From the IMG/VR virus record IMGVR_UViG_3300047443_000090, positions 23,260 to 87,259 of that record: a stretch of DNA of 64,000 nt. One strand, written 5' to 3'. A model generated the notes under the pieces. It did not search any database, had not been told where the DNA came from, and was given only the letters and a program-made list of their open reading frames with translations. Of the stretch, positions 17,700-27,087 are shown in pieces; position 1 is the stretch's first letter, and each line of letters begins with the position of its first letter. A program made the translations under genes and the position numbers. The DNA is from a virus.

Positions 17700-18016
17700 T
17701 GCCGTCGCCAATTTCAGCGGCCCGGTTCGTTACCGCCGTGCGGGCGTTCGCCGTGCAAACGCCGAACTGGGGCACGGCTATCCGCTACTACACGAAGCCG
17801 GACGAGCGCAACGACATCACGCTCATCGCCGACCGCGTGTACGGCGACCGCAGCGCATTCATGGCCGTGTTTGCAGCGGCGGGCATGGACACGCTGGAGC
17901 AGCAGCTAGACGAGCAATTGCTTGTCCTGCCGACCTATCAACAATTGCAGATCATCAAGCGACAAACAGGATATTTGACCGATGCCGAACAACTCGCGTA
18001 TAGCTCCCTCAGTTAA
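17699..18016 (+). CDS. baseplate protein (P1 gp26-like, LysM-like)
   Basis: RYYTKPDERNDITLIADRVYG motif. Confidence 0.65.
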   Translation: MPSPISAARFVTAVRAFAVQTPNWGTAIRYYTKPDERNDITLIADRVYGDRSAFMAVFAAAGMDTLEQQLDEQLLVLPTYQQLQIIKRQTGYLTDAEQLAYSSLS

Positions 18017-19013
18017 GGCGGCACTGGCCGGGGCAGTCTCGGTCAAGCGCGAGGCCGCCGACGCCGCAGCGTTCGATCTGGCGCGCAGGCAGGCCGCTAC
18101 GACCATCCTGCGCCCGAATGAGGTATCGGGCGAGTATGACGCTGGCCGCCTGCTGACGACTACCCTGCGCGGCGAGGTGCGCGCGCTGACGCATGACGAC
18201 ATTCGCGCGTTCCAGAACAACGTCGCCCGGCTGAAAAAGAAATTCAAGGGCGGCATCACGGCCCAGTCCGTAATCGACCTCGCGCTGGGCACCGACAAGG
18301 ATCGCGCGAACAAGCAGATCAACATGGCGGTTCCGGCCCACATACACGATGGGAAAGTGCATTTCATCACGAATGCCGGGCCTGACTCCAATGTGTCGCG
18401 GCACCACGTCCATGTGCAGTTTCTGGACTTTGACGCGGCGGTTGGCGCGTCGCCAAACGACCCTAAGAAGCTGGGCAAGCTGGTGGCGAATGGGCGGCTG
18501 CTGTTTGATTGCGACTGCGGGCGGCACACGTTCTGGTATCGGTACATCGCAACCATCGGCAAGTACAACACTGGCCGCGCGGAGACTGGCTATCCGAAGG
18601 TCAGGAACCCGAAGCTGATGGGCGTGGCGTGCAAGCACGTCCTGCGCACCATGCACGTCATCCTGAAGGATCAGGCGGTTCAAGTGAAGATCGCCGGGGC
18701 GGTGCTGAAGGCGCGCGCGGTGCTCGACGGCGGCAAGGTCAAGGCGGAAAAGGTCAAGGTCGCGGAGCTGCGCAAAATGGCCGAGGCGCAGCAGGCCAAG
18801 CGCAAGACGAGCACGAACCTTAAAACCAGTGATGAAAAGAAGCAGGCGGCGGCCATCAGGAAGGCCAAAACCGATATGAAAAAGGCGGCGACGGAGCAGG
18901 CCAAGCCGACGAATGCAATGCGACAGGTGGCGCGGCACGCGCAGTCACTTCTGGCGCTGGGCGCTATCACGCAGGCGCAATTTGACCAAATCGTAAAAGG
19001 AGCTGGGAAGTGA
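17982..19013 (+). CDS. SWIM-type Zn-finger morphogenesis protein (P1 gp25-like)
   Basis: FDCDCGRHTFWYRYIAT...ACKH; follows the gp26-like gene. Confidence 0.6.
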   Translation: MPNNSRIAPSVKAALAGAVSVKREAADAAAFDLARRQAATTILRPNEVSGEYDAGRLLTTTLRGEVRALTHDDIRAFQNNVARLKKKFKGGITAQSVIDLALGTDKDRANKQINMAVPAHIHDGKVHFITNAGPDSNVSRHHVHVQFLDFDAAVGASPNDPKKLGKLVANGRLLFDCDCGRHTFWYRYIATIGKYNTGRAETGYPKVRNPKLMGVACKHVLRTMHVILKDQAVQVKIAGAVLKARAVLDGGKVKAEKVKVAELRKMAEAQQAKRKTSTNLKTSDEKKQAAAIRKAKTDMKKAATEQAKPTNAMRQVARHAQSLLALGAITQAQFDQIVKGAGK

Positions 19014-19507
19014 TTAACAACGTACCGATCAAGATCATGGAGGCGTCGCGCATTGTCACGCTGCGCCATCCAAACTCCCTCGACTGCGGCGTGTACCGCA
19101 AGACCTTGCTACGCCCGCCAGAGGGGCCGCTGATGGGCGGCCTATCGACGCTGGGCGGGCTGGGCGTGCTCAAGAACGAGGACGATCCCGATTTCGAGTA
19201 TGTCTTGCTCGGGCCGGGGAAGTTGCATATTACGAGCCGTTTTGACGGCGGTGAAATGTTCGACCGTGGCGACGGCATCGCTTCGGACGAGCCAATGCAG
19301 GAGGCGAATATTGTGTCCGTCAAGGTGCCGGGCTTCGAGCCGAAGAAGGGCGACCTTGTGGCGGCCATGCCGGGCGGCGGCGTGGTGATAGGGTTCGAGA
19401 TTATCGGCACGACCGGCAATGTGTCGATCTACCCGTACACGACGAAGTTTGTCATCGCGCCGCGCGACGAGCTGCACGACCTCGCGCCGTGGACGCCAGC
19501 GCCCTAA
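19010..19507 (+). CDS. neck/head-closure protein (P1 gp7-like)
   Basis: Synteny 26-25-7; TLRHPNSLDC, PKKGDLV. Confidence 0.45.
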   Translation: MINNVPIKIMEASRIVTLRHPNSLDCGVYRKTLLRPPEGPLMGGLSTLGGLGVLKNEDDPDFEYVLLGPGKLHITSRFDGGEMFDRGDGIASDEPMQEANIVSVKVPGFEPKKGDLVAAMPGGGVVIGFEIIGTTGNVSIYPYTTKFVIAPRDELHDLAPWTPAP

Positions 19508-19821
19508 AAGAGAGAAAATCGCGGGTTCTTCATAAACAGGAACGTCCCCGCTTCAACGAAAGCGTTCTGTCGAACCTGCGCCGCGCGCTGGGGCGGTATG
19601 TCCAGCTTCACGCCCGGCGCGTGGAACATCATATCGCCAGCCTCAAGGTCAAAGCCGTTCGCCTTGAATAGCGACCGCAGAGCCCTCTCCTGCCGCGCAT
19701 GCTGCGCCTTCAGCCGCGTGTTGGCCGCGTCTACTGCCTTCAGTATCGCATCGAATGAAAGCTGTTCGCCCTGATACGTGACGTTGGCCGTAGCGGTGGC
19801 CTGCAAGCGCGCGGCGGGCAT
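19504..19821 (-). CDS. hypothetical protein
   Basis: Last gene of the minus-strand accessory island. Confidence 0.5.
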   Translation of the reverse strand: MPAARLQATATANVTYQGEQLSFDAILKAVDAANTRLKAQHARQERALRSLFKANGFDLEAGDMMFHAPGVKLDIPPQRAAQVRQNAFVEAGTFLFMKNPRFSLF

Positions 19822-19823
19822 GG

Positions 19824-20339
19824 TTAGCCTTCCATGCCAGTGTAGTTGCCCTGCGCCGCCAGAAGCGTCAACGCCGCTTCGATGGCGTGCTGAATCGCAC
19901 CTTTGGCGGTGCTGCCGCCTGTCAGCTTATTGAGGGCTTCACCGGCATCCGGGCTGATCCACGTCGTCAAGCGCCGCTCGCCGCGCTCGCGCTTCGCAGC
20001 GTCCGACTTGCCGCGCCGCTCTGCTGCCGACATAGCAGGCTGCCTCTCCCGCGCCTTGGTGGCCGTGCGCTTCGCGCCCTTCTTTGGCACTACAGCGAAA
20101 TCCTTGCCCATGAGGCTGCTGGCTGCGAATACCTCGCCCGGCGCGGCCAGCGCAGTAGCGCGCTCGACCTTATTGCCGGTGTCGCAGAAGTGCGTAGTGA
20201 CGTGCCCCAGCGATACCCACAACCCGCAGGCGTTGAGGGCTTCTACCGCCTTGTTCCTAGAGGTGGTGGCCACGATGACGCGCACTTGCTTTCCGTCGAT
20301 GAAGTCGGAGCCAGCGAATACTTTGATTTTGCTTTCCAT
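19824..20339 (-). CDS. hypothetical protein, possible C-terminal RHH DNA-binding region
   Basis: RGERRLTTWISPDAGEALNKL pattern. Confidence 0.55.
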   Translation of the reverse strand: MESKIKVFAGSDFIDGKQVRVIVATTSRNKAVEALNACGLWVSLGHVTTHFCDTGNKVERATALAAPGEVFAASSLMGKDFAVVPKKGAKRTATKARERQPAMSAAERRGKSDAAKRERGERRLTTWISPDAGEALNKLTGGSTAKGAIQHAIEAALTLLAAQGNYTGMEG

Positions 20340-20364
20340 GATGCTTGCTTTCGATGTGATGCCG

Positions 20365-20763
20365 TTATTGTTTCATCGCCAGCAGGACGTGCTGGCCGGG
20401 TATTTCCGAGAGCGCCTTTTCCGGGTAGTCGCAAGCCTGCCAAACGACATTTACGACCGCGTGCCCGTTGCTGCCGTGCCCGGCGACAAAGCCGAGATAG
20501 CCTTCCGGCGTCCACACTTGCTGGCCGGGCGCGAACTGGCGCGGCGTGTCATCGACCAACACCGGATCGCCTGCGGGCTTGAATTGCTTGCCGAACTCTG
20601 TCAGCAGCGCGGCGGCTTGGTACTGGTCAGCCTCTTGGAACACGCGCCCGAGCAGCGTAAGGAAGTCGCCGGTTGCCTTCGCGCCCGGCTTCTCCGATGC
20701 GGCTTGCAGCTCGCGCTTGATGGCGTTGAAATGAGCTTCCATGTTATTCGTAGTGGCTGTCAT
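20365..20763 (-). CDS. hypothetical protein
   Basis: ORF in the accessory island; start uncertain. Confidence 0.55.
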   Translation of the reverse strand: MTATTNNMEAHFNAIKRELQAASEKPGAKATGDFLTLLGRVFQEADQYQAAALLTEFGKQFKPAGDPVLVDDTPRQFAPGQQVWTPEGYLGFVAGHGSNGHAVVNVVWQACDYPEKALSEIPGQHVLLAMKQ

Positions 20764-21055
20764 TGTCGCCGCCAAAGTCGTCAAGGTACATGCCGCCCGA
20801 TACCGGGTCATTTTCGCCCGGCAGATGGTTGAGGCTCACTTGCGGCTCAATCCACTTGTTGCTGGGCTGGGCGTCCGGGTAGGCGGCCAGCGCTGTTTCG
20901 GCGTCCGGGTAGGCGTCGATAAAGCATTTCATCGACTGGCCTTCGAGGACGGAGCCGCGCTCGTAGGTGCCCCAGCCGTAGACGCAGATGGGATTCTGCC
21001 CCATGCCCGGCTTGTATTCGTAGGTGTAGCACTCGTACTGTTCGCTCTTGCTCAT
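20744..21055 (-). CDS. acidic hypothetical protein
   Basis: AAGGA RBS, MSKSEQYECY. Confidence 0.65.
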   Translation of the reverse strand: MSKSEQYECYTYEYKPGMGQNPICVYGWGTYERGSVLEGQSMKCFIDAYPDAETALAAYPDAQPSNKWIEPQVSLNHLPGENDPVSGGMYLDDFGGDNDSHYE

Positions 21056-21090
21056 ATTGGTTCCTTGGTGGTTGCTTGAAAAAGTTGGGG

Positions 21091-21654
21091 CTAAAAACCG
21101 AAGTTCGAGGCGCAGATAGGGCCGATTCCTCTTTCGATAGAGTCTGGATCGGTCAGCTCTCGACCGCAGCAGGCGCAAATGCCGGTCTGCTGGCCGTAGG
21201 CGACTGCCGACTTGATCGGGTCAGCGCACAGCGTCACAATCTGCGCGCGCTGTTCGTCGCTGCAATCGCGCGAGCCGGTGAACTGGCCGTCAGCGATTTT
21301 GCCGAGGTATGCGTCGGATGCGGTGACGTAGATCGCGCCAGCGTTGCGCCCGGTGGCCGGGGCCATCTTCAGTACGAAATCGCCAAGGCGCAGTTTTGGA
21401 CGCTTCAGGCCGTTCTCGGTGGCCGTGGCGAAAGCGACTTGCACCGCGCCCACACCGGCAGAGCCGACTTCGACGCCAGCGGCGGCCACCGGGGCGGCAG
21501 CGTTGCGAGCGACGATCCGGGCGACCGCTGCAATCTGGTTATCGGTCAGCGTGCCCTTGGACTTCAGTTGACGATCCAGCGAGAACGCGAAGTCGTTAGA
21601 CGGCGCGTGCTGAATGATCCACTTGATTTCTGGTGCGTTTGACTTCAGTTCCAT
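21091..21654 (-). CDS. DUF6011-like Zn-finger protein
   Basis: CACCGRELTDPDSIERGIGPICA. Confidence 0.75.
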   Translation of the reverse strand: MELKSNAPEIKWIIQHAPSNDFAFSLDRQLKSKGTLTDNQIAAVARIVARNAAAPVAAAGVEVGSAGVGAVQVAFATATENGLKRPKLRLGDFVLKMAPATGRNAGAIYVTASDAYLGKIADGQFTGSRDCSDEQRAQIVTLCADPIKSAVAYGQQTGICACCGRELTDPDSIERGIGPICASNFGF

Positions 21655-21685
21655 GACGGCCCCCGGTGCGTTGTTGATACTGCGT

Positions 21686-21714
21686 AGTGTATGCGCTCAC
21701 ACATTAAGCGTCAA
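21686..21714 (-). promoter_or_regulatory. sigma70 promoter with operator (copy 4)
   Basis: TTGACG-17-TACACT containing GTGAGCGCA; a GCCCGG hairpin lies at 21731-21748. Confidence 0.85.
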
Positions 21715-21754
21715 GCTGTTTTTGGGGTAGCGCCCGGCGAACCGGGCGGTTTCA

Positions 21755-22672
21755 TTATTGCGGCTGTGCCGTCTTCGTCAAATCGGCCAGTTTTGCCGTG
21801 GATTCGTCAAGATAGCGCTTCCAGTACTCCGCGTCCTTATCTGATTCTGCCTTCTTCAGCAGCTTGGTATATTCCTTGATGTCGCGCTCGGCTCGCTTGA
21901 TGTCGCTGGCCAGCTCTTTGGCGGCTTTCTCTGCCTTCAGGCGCGGCAGATCGTCAATGCGGGCCAATTCCTTCAGGCAGGCCAAGCAGGTTACTTCTTC
22001 CCGGTTCTCGGTCGTCATCTTGTAGGTCTGCGCGCCCTGAGCGGAGGAAACGCAAGCACTGCTCTTGCGGCCATACCTAATTGCAGCGAAGTGCAGGCGA
22101 GGCGCATTGGCGGCCTTGTCGGCGGCGGTGACTGGCTTCAGCGGCTCCAGCTTCCAGTTGTTCAATCGGGCGGTCATGTACTCGATGCTCATTTCCGCTT
22201 CTTTGATGTTGCGGCGAAGGTGCTTGAGCCATTCTGCCGACAGCTCTTTGATGGCCGCTTCGATGGTCTTCGCATCGCTGTAGCTCTGCCATTTTTTCAC
22301 TTCCTTGCCTTGGGAGTCGATTGCTACCGGCAGGCCGCTTTCCGCCAGCTTTACAGTGACGAGGATAGGGTAGATCAGGTCGCCAGCGCGGGTAACTTGG
22401 CGGTACATCATGCGAATCTTGCCATCCTCGGCCAGCGGGTTCTTTTTCAGGGTGGCGATTTCGCCCTTCTTCGCGGCCACGTAGGCATTTGCGTGCTCGA
22501 TGCCGCGCGCCAGCAGGTCGCACGAAAGCTGGTAAGGCTTCGCGCCGGAACCGAAGCAAGCGCCTTGCTGCCAGCCGTTTTGGATCGTGTAGCCATGCTT
22601 GGCGATAGCGTGCTCGTGCGACTTCTGTTCACGCCCGCAAATCTGACAATTCCCGAAAAATTCAGCAGCCAT
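21755..22672 (-). CDS. Zn-binding coiled-coil hypothetical protein
   Basis: GNCQICGR...HGY...CFGS; VTCLACLK; GGAGG RBS. Confidence 0.7.
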   Translation of the reverse strand: MAAEFFGNCQICGREQKSHEHAIAKHGYTIQNGWQQGACFGSGAKPYQLSCDLLARGIEHANAYVAAKKGEIATLKKNPLAEDGKIRMMYRQVTRAGDLIYPILVTVKLAESGLPVAIDSQGKEVKKWQSYSDAKTIEAAIKELSAEWLKHLRRNIKEAEMSIEYMTARLNNWKLEPLKPVTAADKAANAPRLHFAAIRYGRKSSACVSSAQGAQTYKMTTENREEVTCLACLKELARIDDLPRLKAEKAAKELASDIKRAERDIKEYTKLLKKAESDKDAEYWKRYLDESTAKLADLTKTAQPQ

Positions 22673-22700
22673 TGCAACCTCCGTGTGTTTGTATGTCGCT

Positions 22701-22729
22701 ACTGTATGCGCTCACGTTTATTGCGTCAA
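22701..22729 (-). promoter_or_regulatory. sigma70 promoter with operator (copy 5)
   Basis: TTGACG-17-TACAGT containing GTGAGCGCA. Confidence 0.85.
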
Positions 22730-22758
22730 GTGTTTTTTTGCGACGGCGCAAATGAGCA

Positions 22759-22799
22759 GGAAAACAGGCGGCCCCGGCGCATCGCCAGCCAATGACAAT
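22759..22799 (+). promoter_or_regulatory. putative late promoter
   Basis: GGAAAA-N29-GACAAT. Confidence 0.7.
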
Positions 22800-22804
22800 G
22801 GCGT

Positions 22805-25159
22805 ATGGACAAATTCGCTTATATCGACCACGCCGCGCACTCCGGGGCGAACGGCAACAACCAGCGCCAAGAGGCGACGCAGGCCCAGCAGGACGCCGGG
22901 AACTATGCCAAGGGCCGCTTGACCCTGCATGGCCTGCGCATCGCCATCGAAACGCCGCGCGGCACCCGGCGCGAGTGGCGCGCAAAGGACGGCACCAGCG
23001 GTAGCAACCTGCTGAAGTTCCACTACGGGTACTTCGAGGGCATAAGGGGCGCTGACGGCGACGAGCTGGATTGCAGCATCGGGCCGTGGCCTGAAGCTCC
23101 GCTCGCTTACGTGGTGAACCAGTACATGCGCGGCCAGTTTGACGAGCACAAGGTAATGCTGGGGTTTCCAGACCGCCGCACGGCAATCGCTGGCTACCTG
23201 AGCAACTACAGCCCCGGCTGGCAGGGCATGAATAGCTGCATTTCCTGTTCGATATCGCAGCTCAAATGGTGGCTGGCAAACGGTAATTTGAAACGCCAGC
23301 TCACGCAAGATCAACTCCCCTATGAAGGAACGGACGACACGATGGAAAAGGTACTTTGGGATAGCGCGCACAATCCGATGCGCTCGACGCTCGACAAGGT
23401 TTTGTACAGCCTGCGCGAGCATGACGCGGGCAATGGCCTGCTGTTCGACGCGGTGAGCATGGCCGAGATTCTGGCCGACTCGGACGGCGTGATGACGCTG
23501 GACGCGCTGGTTCTCCCCTACGCCCGGATTGAGCAGCGCATGACGCTGCTGCAAAAGGTTCTGGATCGCGCGGGCGAAGCCGTCAAGGTGGCCGCTATGC
23601 AGGTGTCCGAGCCATTCACGCAGCGCGGCTCGACCAACGTCGCAGTAATCTACGAGCTGTCGGACGGCCAAACCATTTCTATTTTCTTCCACAATCCCGA
23701 TGTGACGCCGAAGAAAATCACGCCAAGCGATGACGTGATTTCGTGGAAATGGCTGTTGAACAAAAAGGACATCACCGTTGCTGTCGCGCCGGAACGTGGC
23801 CGCGACCTGGACGTTCGCACGGTGGCATCGCGCATCATGCGGCTGGCCGAGAAAAATAGCGCCCGGTTCATCGCCGCCAACGGCAAGCGCGCCGAAAAGC
23901 TGCAAGTGATTTCCGACCTGAAGGGCGAGCTGGAAACGAAGAAAGAAACCCTGAGCGGGCTGGAGCGCCAGATTGAGGTTGCGATGCAGGAGCGCGAGCT
24001 GGCGGGCTTGGACGAGCCGCCAGAGCCTATCGTCCCGCCCGAGCCTGAACCGGAACCGGCCCCAGCGGCTACGCTGAACGTGGACGGCATCAAGGCCGTG
24101 ATTACGTCTGACGAGCCTATGCCGGGCGTCGCCGTGGGCGCGAACTGGGTAGTGATGAACGCCCCGCGCCCGCTGCTGGGCACCGAAACGATGTCCGATG
24201 GCGAATTCCTCGACGGTCGTTTCTACGCTGCCATCGACCCGAACGACTACATGGCGCAAGCCTACGTCGATGCGAACGTGAAGCTCGCTGCGAGCGTGGT
24301 GTTCGTGGCTGACGAGGCGACGCAGACCGAAATGGCGCTCAACACGATCAATCAGGACTACCTGCCCGCCTACATGAAAATGGACGAAGGCGAGCGCAAG
24401 ACGGCTCTGAGCGGCTTCATCGCCAAGCTCAACGGCTTCACCTATGGCGCGATGAAGGAGCTGGCCGCCAAGGGTATGCCGGTGGTAGCGGAGCCAGAGC
24501 CGGAACCGCAGCCAGAACCCGAGCCGAAGCCCGAGCCTGCGCCTACGTGGCGCAGCAAGTACATCGTGATCGAGTTGGTTGACCGATTCCGCGTCGCTGG
24601 CCTCAATGCCAACCCGATCAGCCCGTCCTACCCGACGCGCGCCGAAGCCGAGGCCGCTGCCGCCGCCTATTTCGCTGGCGGCGACAACTTCCCGGCACCG
24701 TCCGACTCCGACGAATTCGCGGCGCAAGAGGCTGAAAAGTTGGCTGCTGAAAAGCGGGCCGCCGAGCAGGCCGCACGCGAAGCCGCCGAGCAGGCCGAGC
24801 GCGATGCAGAGGCGGCACGCCAAGCCGAGGCAGCAGCGCAGGCGCAGCGCGACGCGGAGGCCGCCGCAGCCAACGAGGCAGCCAATATTGTAGTGCCGGT
24901 TGCAGAGGTAGCGCCGCAGCCTGAGCCTGTAGTGGAGCCAAGCGCGACCGGCGACAATCAAGAAGCTGCCGATGGCGATTTCCTCGCGCTGGCGGCAGCG
25001 GGCGACGTGGATTTCTACGATAAGGCCGTAACCGACCGCCTCGCCGCACTGGCGAAGCAATACACCGACCCCGAAGGCGCGTATCTCGATCTGGTCATGC
25101 AGGCCAAGACCGCCGCCAAACAGTTCTTCATCGCTGAGTTCAAAAAGAAGGTGGCCTAA
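22805..25159 (+). CDS. darA: DarA anti-restriction head protein with N-terminal InPase-like domain
   Basis: LSDGQTISIFFH...LLNKKDIT...LAEKNSARF matches P1 DarA; GNYxKG...YGY...GADGDxLD...FDEHKVMLGF matches the polyvalent-protein InPase domain. Confidence 0.85.
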   Translation: MDKFAYIDHAAHSGANGNNQRQEATQAQQDAGNYAKGRLTLHGLRIAIETPRGTRREWRAKDGTSGSNLLKFHYGYFEGIRGADGDELDCSIGPWPEAPLAYVVNQYMRGQFDEHKVMLGFPDRRTAIAGYLSNYSPGWQGMNSCISCSISQLKWWLANGNLKRQLTQDQLPYEGTDDTMEKVLWDSAHNPMRSTLDKVLYSLREHDAGNGLLFDAVSMAEILADSDGVMTLDALVLPYARIEQRMTLLQKVLDRAGEAVKVAAMQVSEPFTQRGSTNVAVIYELSDGQTISIFFHNPDVTPKKITPSDDVISWKWLLNKKDITVAVAPERGRDLDVRTVASRIMRLAEKNSARFIAANGKRAEKLQVISDLKGELETKKETLSGLERQIEVAMQERELAGLDEPPEPIVPPEPEPEPAPAATLNVDGIKAVITSDEPMPGVAVGANWVVMNAPRPLLGTETMSDGEFLDGRFYAAIDPNDYMAQAYVDANVKLAASVVFVADEATQTEMALNTINQDYLPAYMKMDEGERKTALSGFIAKLNGFTYGAMKELAAKGMPVVAEPEPEPQPEPEPKPEPAPTWRSKYIVIELVDRFRVAGLNANPISPSYPTRAEAEAAAAAYFAGGDNFPAPSDSDEFAAQEAEKLAAEKRAAEQAAREAAEQAERDAEAARQAEAAAQAQRDAEAAAANEAANIVVPVAEVAPQPEPVVEPSATGDNQEAADGDFLALAAAGDVDFYDKAVTDRLAALAKQYTDPEGAYLDLVMQAKTAAKQFFIAEFKKKVA

Positions 25160-27087
25160 TGAAGCAGGGGCAAGACGAATTCTTTGCCGTCGTCGGTGAA
25201 GGCGCTGCCCTGTTGAAAAATCTGGACGAGAAATCGTCCGGGTTTTTTGACGACCTGAACCGGCTGCGGGAAATCCTCGCCATTCTCGGCTATGAGTCGG
25301 CGGTGAAGCCGCTGCAATTCTCGCTGGCCGACAAGGAAGCCTCTGCCAAGGCGCTGTGGAGCTACCTTGGCAATGGCTTGGGCCTGCTGCCGGACGCATT
25401 GGCGGTATTCGAGGCGGAAACGGTGGCTGATCTGGCATCGCTGGCTGGCGACAAGAGCCTGAACCATGCGGCGCAGGAATGGGCAATCGACAACGGGAGG
25501 AAGCCGCAGGCGCACTTGGCGACAACGAAGCTGGCCGCGTTCGAGAACCTTGCGGCGCGCGGCGTGGATCATGGCGTGGAGCAGTCCGCGCTGGAGGGTG
25601 CTATGCGGGATGCCGACACGCTGCTGGCGCAGAGCTTGGAGGATAACCCGGCGTACAGCGCAGCACGCGCGCACTATGACAAAGTGGGTAGGGATCGCAC
25701 TGAGCAACTGGCCGAAATAAGCGAGAAGATAAAAGCTGCCCGCGTGGCCCGCGATTCGCAATATGGCAAAGAGCGCGCCGAGGCAGAGCAAATTCTTGAG
25801 GACTTGCTCAACGAAAGGGCGGCTTTAGCTGCGCCACTGGACGAGGCGCAGATTGCGGCATGGGATGCGGTAAAGGCGACCCATGCGAAATTCAACGAGG
25901 ATCGGGTGGCCGGGCACCGTGCGCTATTCGAGGAAAACGGCCAGAAGATCATCGCCAAGGTGGCCGAGGCATCGCCTATTACGCCCGAGCAGGCGCAGGC
26001 GTGGGCGAGCGAGCAGATCATTGACGACAACGCCAAGGCGAAGCTCAAGCGACTGGGCTACAAGCCCGATGACGTGGTGCGCGATATGGCCGAGTTCTAC
26101 CGCCTCACTGGCGGCAAGGCGTCGGCAATCCGCATTGGCCTTGACGGTGGCCGCCGCGCGAATGCGGTGGGCATTACCGAGCGGCTGGGCGAGAAGGTTA
26201 TCAATCTCGGCGGGCACTTCAACAAAACCGTGCTGTTCCACGAGCTTGCGCACCATTTGGAGAATGACCCGATTGCGAAGGCAGCATCCAATGGATTCCT
26301 GATTAAGCGCCGAGAGAGCGAGCAGCCGCACCGCCTGCGCGACCTGACCGGCAACAAGGGCTATGACGCGCGCGAGGTGGCCTATAAGGACGGCTTCACC
26401 GACCCGTATGTTGGCAAAATCTACCGTGATGGCGTAACGGAAGTGTGGTCGATGGGCGTGCAGTACCTCGCAAACCCCAAGGACGCGGCCATCTTCGCGG
26501 CGAAAGACCCGGAAATGTTCAAGCTGATTACTGGCTACCTGACCATGCCGACGACGCCAGCAATGAGCGCCAAGCTGAATATGCACAAGGGCGCTATCGG
26601 GGATGCTATCGAGAAGAAGCAGAACAAAGAAGCCCAGTACGAGCAGGCCGTGAAATACCTCGCTGCCCAAGCCGTGATTGCGAAAGACGACTGGTTCGAT
26701 ACGCTTGACCGCGAGGGCACGGTTTATGATCTGCTGTCGTCGTATGTGCTCTACAAGGCGAAAAAAGACCCTGCGCAGTATGTCGGCTCGAACGGCGACT
26801 ACCGCGTATTTTCTGGCGTGTTCCGCAACCCGGCCACCAAGCGCAACGCCAAGGGGTACATGATTGTCGATACCAGCACTGGCGGCGACGCCAGCAGCTA
26901 TCGTCGCTCCATTCCCGACCATGAAATCATCAATGGCGATCTGGAGCAAGTGCAGGCCGTTATTGCAGTTGCCAAGACAAACGGAACTGGCCTGTTTAGC
27001 GCGGCATGGAACTATTTTAGGAATGGCTCATATAGCGACCAAAAGCAAAATCTGGTTGACTTTGTTGGCGCGGAGAAACTGAAATGA
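25159..27087 (+). CDS. ddrB: DdrB-like zincin metallopeptidase head protein
   Basis: YRLTGGK, HELAHHLE (HExxH) and TEVWSMG; located in the darA operon. Confidence 0.65.
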   Translation: MKQGQDEFFAVVGEGAALLKNLDEKSSGFFDDLNRLREILAILGYESAVKPLQFSLADKEASAKALWSYLGNGLGLLPDALAVFEAETVADLASLAGDKSLNHAAQEWAIDNGRKPQAHLATTKLAAFENLAARGVDHGVEQSALEGAMRDADTLLAQSLEDNPAYSAARAHYDKVGRDRTEQLAEISEKIKAARVARDSQYGKERAEAEQILEDLLNERAALAAPLDEAQIAAWDAVKATHAKFNEDRVAGHRALFEENGQKIIAKVAEASPITPEQAQAWASEQIIDDNAKAKLKRLGYKPDDVVRDMAEFYRLTGGKASAIRIGLDGGRRANAVGITERLGEKVINLGGHFNKTVLFHELAHHLENDPIAKAASNGFLIKRRESEQPHRLRDLTGNKGYDAREVAYKDGFTDPYVGKIYRDGVTEVWSMGVQYLANPKDAAIFAAKDPEMFKLITGYLTMPTTPAMSAKLNMHKGAIGDAIEKKQNKEAQYEQAVKYLAAQAVIAKDDWFDTLDREGTVYDLLSSYVLYKAKKDPAQYVGSNGDYRVFSGVFRNPATKRNAKGYMIVDTSTGGDASSYRRSIPDHEIINGDLEQVQAVIAVAKTNGTGLFSAAWNYFRNGSYSDQKQNLVDFVGAEKLK

